Shown one piece after another: positions 30,475 to 40,727 of a DNA stretch of 64,000 bases (positions within the stretch are counted from its first letter, which is position 1; every line of letters begins with the position of its first letter). The notes beneath the pieces were generated by a model. The model was not told the DNA's origin, ran no database searches, and saw only the letters and a program-made list of their open reading frames with translations. Made by a program: the position numbers and the translations under genes. The DNA comes from Acidobacteriota bacterium (lineage in GTDB: Bacteria; Acidobacteriota; UBA890; WLXD01). The stretch covers positions 32,001-96,000 of the forward strand of contig CBDFKD010000002.1 of assembly GCA_965248695.1 (NCBI GenBank), written 5' to 3'.

Positions 30475-31697
30475 CCCGCGCCCTCGGACCGGATAGCCGC
30501 GGCGACTGCGACGACCCGACGCATCGCGCCGACATCGTGAACTCTGAGGATATTGGCCCCGTAGAGAACTGCTGCGGCTACCGCTGCTGCGGTGCCTTCT
30601 AAACGCTCTTCTGTAGGCAAATCTAACACGGCTCCAACAAAGGATTTGCGCGACGGTCCGACCATCAGCGGGCGGCCGAGCGAGCGTAGGGCCGCAGTGT
30701 GCCGCAGGATCGTCAGGCTGTGCTCGGCACGCTTGGCAAAGCCGATGCCGGGATCGATAACTATGGCGTCCTCGGCCACACCGGCGACGTGGGCGCGGGC
30801 GATCGCTTCGCGCAGCTCACGAACCACCTCGGCAACCACATCCTGATATTCCGCCCGCTCGGTCATGTCGGCTGGATCGCCGCGCGTATGCATGAGTACG
30901 AGCGGGACATCGGCAGCCGCTGCGACGCCGCCGAGCTCCGGATCGTGGTCCAGGCCACTGACATCGTTGATCATGCAGGCTCCCGCCTGCAGGGCGGCGC
31001 GCGCCACCTCGGCGTGGCGCGTGTCGATCGAGATCGGCACGTCCACTCTGGCCGCGAGTGCCTCAACCACCGGTGCCACGCGCTCGATCTCATCGGCAAC
31101 GGCAACCGGTTCGCCTCCCGGGCGGGTCGACTCACCGCCAACGTCGACGATGTCGGCGCCCTCGTCGACCATCCGCACTCCCTGGTCGGCGGCGTTGGTT
31201 CCCTGCACTCGGCTCCCGGCGTAGAACGAGTCGGGGGTACAGTTGACGATCCCCATCAGCAGCGGCTTCACTCCGCACTGCAAAGTCCGGGGGCCGCAAC
31301 GCAACGTGAACTCGCGGCGATGGTAGGCGCGGAGCACAGTCGCGATCTCTTCAGCGATCGACAGCAGCCCAGATGGCGCCGCCAGGAGCTGACTACGCAG
31401 GGCCTCTAGCTGCTGGATGCTGATAGCGATATGGACGACGCCAGTCGCTCCGTGGGCCAGCTGGCAGCACCCGCCAACGAGCCCGACGGCTCGTAGAAAG
31501 GCCTCGATCAGGGCGTCGTCCAGCCGATCGACGCGGATCAGGTAGCTGCCCAGCTCGGCGCCCAACCGATCGGTCTCCGGGCTGCCTGCGAGCGCCTCCG
31601 GTACCGGATCGAATCCCTTCAGAACGACGGCGTTGGGCGGCGACGACTGGCCCGCCTGCGATGGCCGGGCCGCTGGGGCGCCGGCCGGGTGGGTCAC
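30462..31697 (-). CDS. folP: Dihydropteroate synthase with N-terminal extension
   Basis: [35 protein letters not shown]. Confidence 0.95.
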   Translation of the reverse strand: MTHPAGAPAARPSQAGQSSPPNAVVLKGFDPVPEALAGSPETDRLGAELGSYLIRVDRLDDALIEAFLRAVGLVGGCCQLAHGATGVVHIAISIQQLEALRSQLLAAPSGLLSIAEEIATVLRAYHRREFTLRCGPRTLQCGVKPLLMGIVNCTPDSFYAGSRVQGTNAADQGVRMVDEGADIVDVGGESTRPGGEPVAVADEIERVAPVVEALAARVDVPISIDTRHAEVARAALQAGACMINDVSGLDHDPELGGVAAAADVPLVLMHTRGDPADMTERAEYQDVVAEVVRELREAIARAHVAGVAEDAIVIDPGIGFAKRAEHSLTILRHTAALRSLGRPLMVGPSRKSFVGAVLDLPTEERLEGTAAAVAAAVLYGANILRVHDVGAMRRVVAVAAAIRSEGAGWIS

Positions 31698-33619
31698 CCG
31701 GTGAACCCTTCTGCCGGCTGCGCGGGCAGGCCGATCGCCGGCTCTTCGTCGGCCATCTCGTCCGCCTCGGGCTCGGTCCGCACGGGCGACACCGGTCCAT
31801 CGCCTGAATCGAGATCCGGCAACGGCCGACCGTCGATGAGCGCTGACACGTCGTCGGCATCGAGCACCTCGCGCGCCAGCAGCGCCTTGGCGATGGAGTG
31901 CAGGTGCTCGAGGTTTTCGGTCAACATCTGCGTGGTCGCCACGTAGCCCTCGTCGATGATGCGCTTGATCTCTTCGTCGATGATGTATGCCGTGCCCTCG
32001 GAGTACTCGTTCTGTTGCGCGAAGTCACGACCCAGGAAGATCTCACCGCTGCCGCTTCGGAAAGTGAGCGGGCCCACGCGAGTGCTCATGCCCCATTCGG
32101 TCACCATCCGACGAGCCAGTTCGGTGACGCGGTCCAGATCGTTTCCGGCCCCGGTGGTCTTTTCCTCCAGGACGATCTCCTCGGCGATGCGACCGCCGAG
32201 CAGGACTTGCACCTGCGTCTCGAGATAGCTGAGGCTGTAGTTGTGCCGGTCGTCCAGGGGCATCTGTTGGGTGGCGCCCAGCGCGCGGCCACGAGGGATG
32301 ATGGTGACCTTGTGCAGCGGATCGGCGTTGGGCAGCAGGAACGCGACCAGCGCGTGACCCGCCTCGTGATACGCGGTAATGCGCTTCTCCGCGTCGGAAA
32401 TGATCATGCTGCGGCGCTCGGCGCCCATCAGCACCTTGTCCTTGGCGTATTCGAAGTCGTCCATCACGACCTTGTCTCGATCGTGGCGGGCAGCAAACAA
32501 CGCTGCTTCGTTGACCAGATTCTCCAGGTCCGCTCCGCTGAACCCCGGAGTGCTGCGTGCCACCACCGACAGATCAACGTCGGCGGCGAGCGGGATGTGC
32601 CGGCTGTGCACCTTGAGGATCCCCTCGCGCCCCCGGATATCGGGAAGATCGACCATCACTCGGCGATCGAAGCGCCCGGGCCGCAACAGCGCCGGATCGA
32701 GCACGTCGGGTCGGTTCGTCGCCGCCATCAAGATGACGCCTTCGTTGCTGACGAAGCCATCCATCTCCACGAGCAGCTGGTTGAGCGTCTGCTCGCGCTC
32801 ATCGTGACCACCACCCAGACCGGCGCCGCGATGCCGGCCGACGGCGTCAATCTCGTCGATGAACACGATGCAGGGAGCGTTCTTCTTACCCTGCTCGAAC
32901 AGATCCCGTACGCGTGAAGCGCCAACGCCGACAAACATCTCGACGAAGTCGGACCCGGAGATGGAGAAGAACGGAACGCTCGCCTCGCCGGCCACCGCAC
33001 GACCCATGAGAGTCTTGCCAGTACCCGGCGGACCGATCAGCAGTACGCCTTTCGGTATGCGTCCGCCGAGGCGCTGGAACTTCTGCGGCTCCCGCAGGAA
33101 CTCGATGATCTCGGAGAGCTCCTCCTTGGCTTCATCGGCGCCGGCGACGTCTTTGAATGTGACCTTTTTCTGCTGATTCGACGACAGACGAGCGCGGCTC
33201 TTGCCGAACGCCAAGGCACGATTACCGCCGCTCTGCATCTGCCGCATGAAGAAGATCCAGACCGCGATCAAAATCAGCATCGGGGCCCACGAGATCAACG
33301 CCGCGATGTAGGGGCTCTGGTTGGCGGCCTCCACCTCCATGCCAACGCCGTTCGCGCGCAGCGTGTCGACCAGGCCGTCCCAGCCTTCCGGTCTGACGGT
33401 GGTGAACGGTCGGCCGCTCTCGACGAACTCCCCCTCGATCGTCGCGCCGGTGATTTTCACCTGTGCGACCTCGCGACTCTCGACGCGGTCGAGGAAGTCG
33501 GAGAACGGGATCTCCGTGTCGGGCGGAGTGGTCTCGTTGAACACGTTGTAGACTACGATGGCGATGGCGATGACCACCAGCCACAATGCTACCTGTTTTA
33601 TCCCGGCACCAGCATTCAT
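31694..33619 (-). CDS. ftsH: ATP-dependent zinc metalloprotease FtsH
   Basis: Two TMs, [29 protein letters not shown]. Confidence 0.98.
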   Translation of the reverse strand: MNAGAGIKQVALWLVVIAIAIVVYNVFNETTPPDTEIPFSDFLDRVESREVAQVKITGATIEGEFVESGRPFTTVRPEGWDGLVDTLRANGVGMEVEAANQSPYIAALISWAPMLILIAVWIFFMRQMQSGGNRALAFGKSRARLSSNQQKKVTFKDVAGADEAKEELSEIIEFLREPQKFQRLGGRIPKGVLLIGPPGTGKTLMGRAVAGEASVPFFSISGSDFVEMFVGVGASRVRDLFEQGKKNAPCIVFIDEIDAVGRHRGAGLGGGHDEREQTLNQLLVEMDGFVSNEGVILMAATNRPDVLDPALLRPGRFDRRVMVDLPDIRGREGILKVHSRHIPLAADVDLSVVARSTPGFSGADLENLVNEAALFAARHDRDKVVMDDFEYAKDKVLMGAERRSMIISDAEKRITAYHEAGHALVAFLLPNADPLHKVTIIPRGRALGATQQMPLDDRHNYSLSYLETQVQVLLGGRIAEEIVLEEKTTGAGNDLDRVTELARRMVTEWGMSTRVGPLTFRSGSGEIFLGRDFAQQNEYSEGTAYIIDEEIKRIIDEGYVATTQMLTENLEHLHSIAKALLAREVLDADDVSALIDGRPLPDLDSGDGPVSPVRTEPEADEMADEEPAIGLPAQPAEGFTG

Positions 33620-33675
33620 GAGGTCTCCAGAGTACACCAACCAGAACAAGGCGAGCTAGCTTGTTCGAACCGGCT

Positions 33676-34707
33676 TCAGGGCCTGTCCGGGGCCGCCAAA
33701 CGGCGATTTTCCAGCGGCAGCAGGCGCAGGCGCCCCGCCTCCAGGCGAACCCGCACGCCGGGAAGATCCCGCGCCGATTCCGCCCCGCTAAGCAGCCGGT
33801 CGACGATGGCTCCGATATGTGCTTGGTGAAGACCGCTCAGTCCACCTCGAACTTCAGACAGCGCCCGGCGTAGCACGCGTGTGAGGAGCGCCGGCGGCAG
33901 GCCGTGAAGCACCGCGACATCCAGCGCCAGACCGCGTACATGCGCCTCGTCACGGCGCGCACAGGCCAGCGCGTCGCGCACCAGACCCGCGAGCCACTCG
34001 TCGTCCTGCTCGAGCAGCTCGGCGGTCCGGCCGATGCTCTCCACGGCTCCCGGCAGAGCTTCCTCGAGAGCGGGCATCACGAGCCCGCGGACGCGGTTGC
34101 GGGTGAATCGATGGTCGTTGTTCGAAACGTCCTCGCGCCAGGTCAGGCCGCGCGCCTGGGCGTGCCGGCGCAGCGCCTGTCGCCGTAGCCCCAGCATCGG
34201 GCGGACCAGGAGCAAGCCGTGCACACGGTTGCGCCAGCGCATTGCCGCCAGCCCGCGGCGACCGGAGCCGCGCGCCAGATTCATGATGACGGTTTCGGCC
34301 CGATCATCGAGCGTATGGCCCAGCATCGCGGCGTCGGCACCGATGCGGTTGACGGTCTCCGCCAGGAAGCTGTGCCTGGCGTTCCGCAGCCGCTCCTCGA
34401 GCCCACCGGCGGCGGCATTCGCGTCCTCGAGGCGGCCAATCTCACAGACGACACCGTACCGCTGCGCCAGCTCTGCAACATGGCGCTCGTCGGCCTCCGA
34501 ATCGGGTCCGCGCAGGCCGTGATTCAGGTGCGCCAGGGTAACGCGAACATCGAATCGGGGAGCGAGATCGACCATCAGGTCAGCCAGCGCGACGGAGTCG
34601 CCGCCGCCGCTGCAGGCCACCACCACGTGACGAACTCCACGCAGCAGCCCGCGGCGCTCGACCGCCTCGATGACCGCATCCTGCACCGTCGTCTCGCGCC
34701 CGGACAT
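33676..34707 (-). CDS. tilS: tRNA(Ile)-lysidine synthetase (short form)
   Basis: SGGGDS PP-loop, HLNHGLRG, GHTLDDRAET, RNRVR; the longer ORF-track call overlaps a tRNA. Confidence 0.93.
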   Translation of the reverse strand: MSGRETTVQDAVIEAVERRGLLRGVRHVVVACSGGGDSVALADLMVDLAPRFDVRVTLAHLNHGLRGPDSEADERHVAELAQRYGVVCEIGRLEDANAAAGGLEERLRNARHSFLAETVNRIGADAAMLGHTLDDRAETVIMNLARGSGRRGLAAMRWRNRVHGLLLVRPMLGLRRQALRRHAQARGLTWREDVSNNDHRFTRNRVRGLVMPALEEALPGAVESIGRTAELLEQDDEWLAGLVRDALACARRDEAHVRGLALDVAVLHGLPPALLTRVLRRALSEVRGGLSGLHQAHIGAIVDRLLSGAESARDLPGVRVRLEAGRLRLLPLENRRLAAPDRP

Positions 34708-34801
34708 AACTCGACTCACTGCTGCCTTGGCGCCCGGCGCACCTGCGCGCGCTGAGGCGATCAGAGCGCTCGAAACTGCTGACGCCGCACGCTCAAAATA
34801 G

Positions 34802-34874
34802 TGGCGGTGGAGGGACTTGAACCCCCGACTCGGCGGATATGAGCCGCCTGCTCTGCCGACTGAGCTACACCGCC
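34802..34874 (-). tRNA. tRNA with CAT anticodon, most likely elongator tRNA-Met; CCA not encoded
   Basis: GGCGGTG acceptor with paired G1-C72, anticodon loop CTCATAT, GGTTCAAGTCC. Confidence 0.92.
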
Positions 34875-35201
34875 AGGCGTGGCGCGCAGCGCGCGGTGAC
34901 TGACCAGGCAACGGCCGTCCCAGACCCTGCCACGACGGGCCCTTCCGCCGTTGGATGGTAGGTGCCGTACCCCGTGATGTCAAAGCGCATTCCGGCCGCC
35001 GTGCGGTGCCACCTCGCCCGCACGGGCCTCGATTGAAGGGTCCCGGCCGGGCCTGTCCGGCGGCCGTGTTTTTGGGTTTGCTCGGGCTTTCTTCGGCCTG
35101 CCAAACTCACCGCAGTCATACCCCGAAACCGGCCCGAACTGGCCCTCGGCACGGCACACGAGCCGCCCCGAGTGCCTGGCTCGACACCTGGGAGTTCCGA
35201 G

Positions 35202-35732
35202 ATGCGCAAGAACGCGCCGACAATCTGCATGATCGGCCTACTCGCCCTTATCGGGCTCGGGTGCGTCGAACACAAAGGACAGCTGGCCGTCTTCATGACG
35301 AGCGGCTCCACATCGACCGCCGCGGTCACGACCGCCGCACAACAGGTGACCGTGGAAGTCGTCGGCGTCGACATTCTCGACGACGAATCAGGCAACTACA
35401 TCACCTTGTCAGCCGGCAGCCAGCTCTATGAGATCCTCGGGCTCGGCAGCAACGTGCACCTTCTGGCGCTTGCCAACCAGCTTAACGAAGGCACCTACCA
35501 GCAGGTCCGCATTCGCTTCTCCGAGGCCAACAGCACGGTGATCAACGCCGGAGGTCGAAGCTCGAAGCTGAAGATCGATCCGGAGTCCGTCACGGTAGCG
35601 GTGCCCTTCAACGTTCTGACCGATGGCAGCACCGAGCTGACGATCGCACTGGACGTGGCGCAGAGCTTGTCGCAGAAGGCTAACGGCGCGTGGGTGCTGC
35701 GTCCGGTGTTCCGTCCGGTAGCGACCAACTAG
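35202..35732 (+). CDS. DUF4382-like lipoprotein
   Basis: Lipobox LGC after a hydrophobic stretch; GTYQQVRIRF; LDVAQSL...LRPV. Confidence 0.65.
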   Translation: MRKNAPTICMIGLLALIGLGCVEHKGQLAVFMTSGSTSTAAVTTAAQQVTVEVVGVDILDDESGNYITLSAGSQLYEILGLGSNVHLLALANQLNEGTYQQVRIRFSEANSTVINAGGRSSKLKIDPESVTVAVPFNVLTDGSTELTIALDVAQSLSQKANGAWVLRPVFRPVATN

Positions 35733-35752
35733 CGCCTCGAGCCGACGCCGGG

Positions 35753-37021
35753 CTAGCCGGAGAACGGATCGCCATCGGCACGGTCCTCGTCGTACCAGAT
35801 CTGCCCTTCGGAAGCGGCAACCACCACTGCCGCTGACGCGTCACCGGTGATGTTGGTCGCCGTGCGCAGCATGTCGACGATCCGGTCAACTCCCAGAATC
35901 AGAGCGATACCCTCGAGTGGCAGGCCGAGCTGCTCCAGGACCATCGCCAGGGTGATCAGGCCGACGCCGGGCACGCCGGCAGCGCCGATAGAGGCGATCG
36001 TTGCCATGAGCACGATGGTCAACTGACCGCCGATCCCGAGCTCGATGCCGTAGACCTGGGCGATGAACACCGTCGCCACGCCCTGGTACAGAGCGGTGCC
36101 GTCCATGTTGACGGTAGCGCCGAGCGGCAGGACGAATGCCGCGACCTGCTCCGACACGCCGAGCTTGGTGACCGTGCGATCCATCGTCACCGGCAGCGTG
36201 GCGCTGCTCGAGGAGGTGGAGAACGCCACCAGCTGCGCCGGCCGGATGGCGGCAAAGAAGCGTCGCACGGATACCTTCCCGAGCCACCTCACGACGGTGC
36301 CGTAGACCAGCGTCATGTGTAGCAACAGCCCGACGACGACGCACAGCGTGTACAGCGCCAGCACGCGCAGGATATCCAGCCCGAACTGGCCGACCGCCGC
36401 GGCAATGAGCGCCAACACCCCGATCGGCGCCATGCGCATCACGATGTGGACAATCTGGATCATCGCCTCGCTGACGCCGTCGAAGAACACCAAGACCGAC
36501 TCGCGGTGCGACTTCTTGGGAATGAGCGTCAGCGCCACTCCGAACAGGATGGCAAAGAAGATGATCTGCAACATGTTGCCGGTCGCCAGTGCCTCGATCG
36601 GGTTGGTGGGCACGATCGCCAGGAGCGTATCCACTACGCTGGGGCGATCGCGCATGCGCTCGGCGTCGGCCTCGCTTCCGAAGCTGGCGAGCAACTGCTC
36701 CTGGGCCGCGGAGTCGATGCCGGCGCCCGGTTGCACCGCGTTCGCTAGCAGCAGGCCGATGGTGATGGCGATGGCCGTCGTGCACAGGTAGTACGCCATC
36801 GTCTTGCCGCCGATACGTCCGAGCTTCTTGGGATCCCCGACGGTGGCCGTGCCGACCAGCAGCGACGAGAAGACCAGCGGCACTACGACCAGCCGTATCA
36901 ACCTCAGGAACAGGTCGCCAATCGGCCGCAGCATCGTGGCACCGTCGGCAAAGACCGCGCCGACGAGGATGCCGACGACCATGCCGATCGCGATCTGGGT
37001 GGGCAGCGACAGCTTTCGCAT
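35753..37021 (-). CDS. Dicarboxylate/amino acid:cation symporter (GltP/DAACS family)
   Basis: AFSTSSSSATLP, GATVNMDGT, GVDRIVDMLRT. Confidence 0.95.
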   Translation of the reverse strand: MRKLSLPTQIAIGMVVGILVGAVFADGATMLRPIGDLFLRLIRLVVVPLVFSSLLVGTATVGDPKKLGRIGGKTMAYYLCTTAIAITIGLLLANAVQPGAGIDSAAQEQLLASFGSEADAERMRDRPSVVDTLLAIVPTNPIEALATGNMLQIIFFAILFGVALTLIPKKSHRESVLVFFDGVSEAMIQIVHIVMRMAPIGVLALIAAAVGQFGLDILRVLALYTLCVVVGLLLHMTLVYGTVVRWLGKVSVRRFFAAIRPAQLVAFSTSSSSATLPVTMDRTVTKLGVSEQVAAFVLPLGATVNMDGTALYQGVATVFIAQVYGIELGIGGQLTIVLMATIASIGAAGVPGVGLITLAMVLEQLGLPLEGIALILGVDRIVDMLRTATNITGDASAAVVVAASEGQIWYDEDRADGDPFSG

Positions 37022-37120
37022 TCAGGCGTCCCGGGTCGCAAAGAAGGTCATCAGCCGATGCTCGATGGGTCAGAGGCGGCGCCAGCTTACCAGTGCAAAC
37101 GCGCGGCGTTGATCGGCACG

Positions 37121-37155
37121 AAAAAAGCTCCGGGAGACGCTTGTCTCCCGGAGCT
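37121..37155 (-). terminator. Intrinsic terminator after carD
   Basis: AGCTCCGGGAGAC-loop-GTCTCCCGGAGCT stem followed by a U tract on the minus strand. Confidence 0.85.
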
Positions 37156-37176
37156 GAATCCCGCCGGCGTCGTGGG

Positions 37177-37701
37177 TCAGGACGCCTTGAGATCGCGCGC
37201 CGCATTGCGCGCCTCGATGCAATCGTCCAGGGCCGTTTCGACGTCCCCTTGCACGATCTCCTCGGTGCGGTTCTGCACCATGGCGATCTCGGAGATGATC
37301 AGACCCTTCGCCTTGTCGTACATGCGCTTCTCCCGATAGGAAAGCGCCTTGCGCTGCGACAGGTGTTGCAGGTTCTTGAGAACGTCAGCCATCTCGAAAA
37401 GATGCCCTGAGCGCATCTTCTCGGCGTTTTCCTTGTAGCGACCCTTCCAGTTGCTGTGGGTCTCGAAGTTGTGATCACGCAGATGCTTGAACAGCCTTCG
37501 GATCTGCGTCTTGCCGAAGATCTTGCGGAGTCCGACCGCCTTGGAGTTGCCGACCGGAACCATCACCGTGGTTTCGTTCGCGAATAGCCGGAGGTGGTAG
37601 AAGTCCTGGTCGAGACCGGCGATTTGGGTCTGCTTGACTTCCTCTATGATCCCCACGCCGTGGTTCGGATAGACGACATAGTCGCCGACTTCAAAGCGCA
37701 A
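37177..37701 (-). CDS. carD: CarD family transcriptional regulator
   Basis: TTG start with AGGAG RBS; FEVGDYVVYPNHGVG, VMVPV...GLR, NWKGRY, LSYREKRM. Confidence 0.93.
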   Translation of the reverse strand: MRFEVGDYVVYPNHGVGIIEEVKQTQIAGLDQDFYHLRLFANETTVMVPVGNSKAVGLRKIFGKTQIRRLFKHLRDHNFETHSNWKGRYKENAEKMRSGHLFEMADVLKNLQHLSQRKALSYREKRMYDKAKGLIISEIAMVQNRTEEIVQGDVETALDDCIEARNAARDLKAS

Positions 37702-37756
37702 ATGGATCTCCTGATGTTTACGAGCGGGCTGCTGCAGAACGTGCGGGAAGTTCCTT

Positions 37757-37785
37757 AGTATATTCGAAAATGAGGCAAAATTCAA
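37757..37785 (-). promoter_or_regulatory. Sigma70-type promoter of carD
   Basis: TTGAAT-N17-TATACT on the minus strand. Confidence 0.7.
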
Positions 37786-37866
37786 CGCCCGGATCAGCCC
37801 GTAGAGCCCACCGCTACGGGCGGTTTCAGGATTCTCCGGCCCTGATGTGCAGCCTGCGGCATCCGG

Positions 37867-37894
37867 TTGACAAGCGCGGCCCGGCGACCATAAT
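37867..37894 (+). promoter_or_regulatory. Sigma70-type promoter of the putative ncRNA
   Basis: TTGACA-N16-CATAAT, with no credible downstream CDS on the + strand. Confidence 0.75.
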
Positions 37895-37896
37895 CA

Positions 37897-38188
37897 GGGC
37901 GGTTCGGGCGATCCTCATGGCCGCGCGGCGCGCGCCTGCGATCTCCGGCAACAACAATCAGGTAATACCGGCTCGCAACATGGCTCGCCCGAAAGGGCGC
38001 CAGTAACACCGGTGTGCGGCGCAGCCCCGACCGCATATCGGGCGGGAGGCTTACTGGTCGGCTTCCGAAGCCATGCGCGCTCCGGTGTGAACGTGGCCGA
38101 AAGGGGCAGACCTCGTTCCGCGCCTGGTTGGCCGGTGCCGCTTGCCGCATCGCGAGGAGGCTGTTCGCGAGGATCGCCCGTTCCGTCT
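37897..38188 (+). ncRNA. Putative ~290-nt structured non-coding RNA of unknown family
   Basis: Own promoter; ends pair (CGGGCGATCCTC/GAGGATCGCCCG); about 10 nested helices, GAAA loops and a perfect four-way junction. Confidence 0.75.
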
Positions 38189-40412
38189 ACTGGAGGGCGT
38201 CGCGGCTCGCCGGTGGGGTACCAGCGACCCGTGAGTCGGCCGCCGCGCGCAGGCTGGTCGCGGCCGCGACGAGCTCGACCGTAGCCGTCCGCATCGATGT
38301 CGCCAGATCGTCGAGCTCGACCGCCAGGGCAGCACCGTCGCCATCCCGCAGCGCGCGCTGAACTCCGGGCAACAACTCGGACGCATAGAGGTCGCCGTCG
38401 GACGGCGCGTAGACCAGGTTGTTGAACCATGGGCGCGCCGCGAGCCCACCGGCCCGCGTGAAGGCTCGTTCGACCCGCAGCAAATGGTCGTTGACCGGTT
38501 GCAGCCCCGCCGCTATCCGACCCACAGAATTCTTTTGCAGTGTCAGACGGGTATGCGCCTCGAGCTCACCGGCGGCGGCCGCCAGACGACCGAGGGCACG
38601 CCATACAAGCTCGGTGCCAGCGGTACGGGCGTTGGCCCCCGGACCGGCGAGAGCGGCATCGACGTTGCTCAGCGCCGTAGCCAGCTCTGCGGCCTGATCA
38701 CGGTAATCCAGCGGCAGCACGTCCGCGCTTGCCAGGCGCCAGCCGAGCACCGCCGCCAGCGCCGCTACGGCGCGGTGCTGCCGGTAGCCGGGATCGCCGA
38801 ATCGCTCCACGAAGGTGTTGGTGTCATACGCCGAGTGGTACACGCCTGAGCTTCCCGAAAACCCGAAGCTCATGGTCGGCACACCGAGCACAGCAAAGAA
38901 GGGTGCGTCATCAGAGCCGCCAGCCGGGAGCGATACGCGCGGCTCACCGCTGGGAAGCATGGCCGCCCGCCGCCGCCAGGAGTCGTAGACGGTGGTGGTC
39001 GGCAACGTCGGGTCGGCGACCACCTTGGATGTATCGCGGATGAGGGTGCGCAGCGAAGGCGACGCCGTGGCGGAGAAATAGGGGCCACCTACGACACCGT
39101 CGAGATTGATATAGGCGACGGCGGAGTCCCGTAGCTGATCCGCGTACGCCTCCGTCCACTCGGTGGAACCGATCAACCCCCACTCCTCTGCGTCCCACGC
39201 AGCGAACAGAATGCTACGCCGGGGCGGCCAGCCGGCGGCGCTCAGCTCCGCCAGTACGCGCGCCGACTCCAGTAGAGCCACCGTGCCCGAGAGGTTGTCC
39301 ATCGCCCCGGCCGTCCAGGAGTCGTAGTGCGCCCCGAGGATTACCCACTCGTCCGGACGCTCCCGCCCGCGAAGCGTCCCGACAACGTTGCGGATGCGTC
39401 GCATCGGAGCGTCATCGAGCTCGACCCACACACGCGCCCTGACGCCGCCGAGGCCGACGTGATAGCGAAACGGGAGGGCTCCCTGCCAACCTGAGGGCGC
39501 TTCGGCGCCTTCCAGGTGTTGCAGAAGCTCGGCTGCCGAGGCGTAGCTCAACGCGACGACGGGGATCGAGGGCAAGGGCGTTGCGGGAACTTGCTGAGCG
39601 GCCGCGGCAGCGCCGACGGTCGCTGGCAGTCCGGGCGTGTTGGGGTCGCCCGGTGGTCCCGTACGTACGGAGCCGCGCTGCACCCCGGTCCACGGCCGGT
39701 ACGGACCACGCGGATAGACGTCGCCGCGGTAGTAGCCGTCGTCGAACGGATCCGAGTACAGGAGCACCGCCGCCGCACCGGCGGCTTCGGCGTTGCGTAC
39801 CTTCGCACCGCGAAACACATTGCCGTATCGCATCACGACGATCTTGCCGGTGACATCCGCGTTCAGTGCTCGGAGAGCGGTGAAATCCGCCGTCGTCCCA
39901 TAGTTGGCGTAGACCACGCCGGCTTCCACGTTGCCGGCTGCCGAGTACGCCGCCACTGCCGGATACCGACTGGCGTCACTGTCGGGGTCGTCGGTCAGTG
40001 GTTCCTCATCGAGGGTCAGCGTCAGCGGAGCCGGCGTCAGGCGGTCGACGCGCGCAGCGCGCGCGTGCGGCAATAGGACGTTGTACTCATGAACCTTGAC
40101 GTCGAGGCCCCAGCTCGTCATCCGATCGGCGATCTTGCCGGCGGCGCGCGCCGCTGCCGGTGTGCCGGCCACCCGCGCCTCGCCCCCAAGCTGCTGCGCC
40201 AGAGCGCGCAATCGGTCAGCATCGGGCGTCGTCGCGAGGCGTTGCTCGCGCTCGATGGCGGCCCCCCAAGGAGCCTGGAACCCGCGTGGGCCGGACACCA
40301 GCGGTACCTCGCCCCGTCCGGGCAACGCCGCCAGCAGCATCATCGCAGCCAGGAACCCGCGCAACGCGGCACGTGGCAAACTGGAGATGGTCCGTCGTTC
40401 GGTCGACAACAT
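38187..40412 (-). CDS. M28 peptidase (glutamate carboxypeptidase II-like; PA and TfR-dimerisation domains)
   Basis: VYANYG, RYG..FRGAK, VQRGS, GAHYDSW, DAEEWGLIGS, YINLD, YHSAYD. Confidence 0.92.
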   Translation of the reverse strand: MLSTERRTISSLPRAALRGFLAAMMLLAALPGRGEVPLVSGPRGFQAPWGAAIEREQRLATTPDADRLRALAQQLGGEARVAGTPAAARAAGKIADRMTSWGLDVKVHEYNVLLPHARAARVDRLTPAPLTLTLDEEPLTDDPDSDASRYPAVAAYSAAGNVEAGVVYANYGTTADFTALRALNADVTGKIVVMRYGNVFRGAKVRNAEAAGAAAVLLYSDPFDDGYYRGDVYPRGPYRPWTGVQRGSVRTGPPGDPNTPGLPATVGAAAAAQQVPATPLPSIPVVALSYASAAELLQHLEGAEAPSGWQGALPFRYHVGLGGVRARVWVELDDAPMRRIRNVVGTLRGRERPDEWVILGAHYDSWTAGAMDNLSGTVALLESARVLAELSAAGWPPRRSILFAAWDAEEWGLIGSTEWTEAYADQLRDSAVAYINLDGVVGGPYFSATASPSLRTLIRDTSKVVADPTLPTTTVYDSWRRRAAMLPSGEPRVSLPAGGSDDAPFFAVLGVPTMSFGFSGSSGVYHSAYDTNTFVERFGDPGYRQHRAVAALAAVLGWRLASADVLPLDYRDQAAELATALSNVDAALAGPGANARTAGTELVWRALGRLAAAAGELEAHTRLTLQKNSVGRIAAGLQPVNDHLLRVERAFTRAGGLAARPWFNNLVYAPSDGDLYASELLPGVQRALRDGDGAALAVELDDLATSMRTATVELVAAATSLRAAADSRVAGTPPASRDALQ

Positions 40413-40624
40413 TGGGGCACACTAGAGTCCCCGGAAGACAAACTCAAAGCAGGGCGGCCACGCATGACCGTGGAAGGCTATCGACTTGGAAAACGTCGGT
40501 ATACCGACGACTGTCCGAAAACGGTGTCGGTATTTGAACGCTTGCTGCCGTCCGCGACAAGCTACGGTTCCGCGCTCGGCCCGTCACCACGGGCTCGGAG
40601 ACCGCGGGCGTGCAACCCGACCGT

Positions 40625-40640
40625 CGGCACGAAGCTTGCA
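40625..40640 (+). promoter_or_regulatory. Sigma54 (-24/-12) promoter
   Basis: CGGCACGAAGCTTGCA matches YGGCAC-N5-TTGCW, 88 nt upstream of the barrel gene. Confidence 0.65.
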
Positions 40641-40727
40641 GACATATCCGGTGGGTCGAGGTTGATGGGTTCGTCCGCTGCCGCACGCCACGGCGCGTCG
40701 GGCGTCCCCAATCGGAGGATGGTTCGA

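Noticed and set aside
34802-34874. tRNA-Ile2 (the TilS substrate) beside tilS
   Set aside because: The acceptor GGCGGTG and loop CTCATAT look like elongator tRNA-Met and lack the C4/C5 determinants known for E. coli Ile2; not fully excluded
34708-34983. N-terminal extension of TilS in the ORF track
   Set aside because: Overlaps the tRNA gene; the true start is likely 34707
37897-38188. RNase P RNA, tmRNA or SRP RNA as the identity of the structured region
   Set aside because: GGCTTACTGGTCGGCTTC and GGCCGAAAGGGGCAG are superficially similar, but GAGGAAAGTCC/ACAGAA, the tRNA-like ends and the CAGG...AGCAG SRP loop are absent
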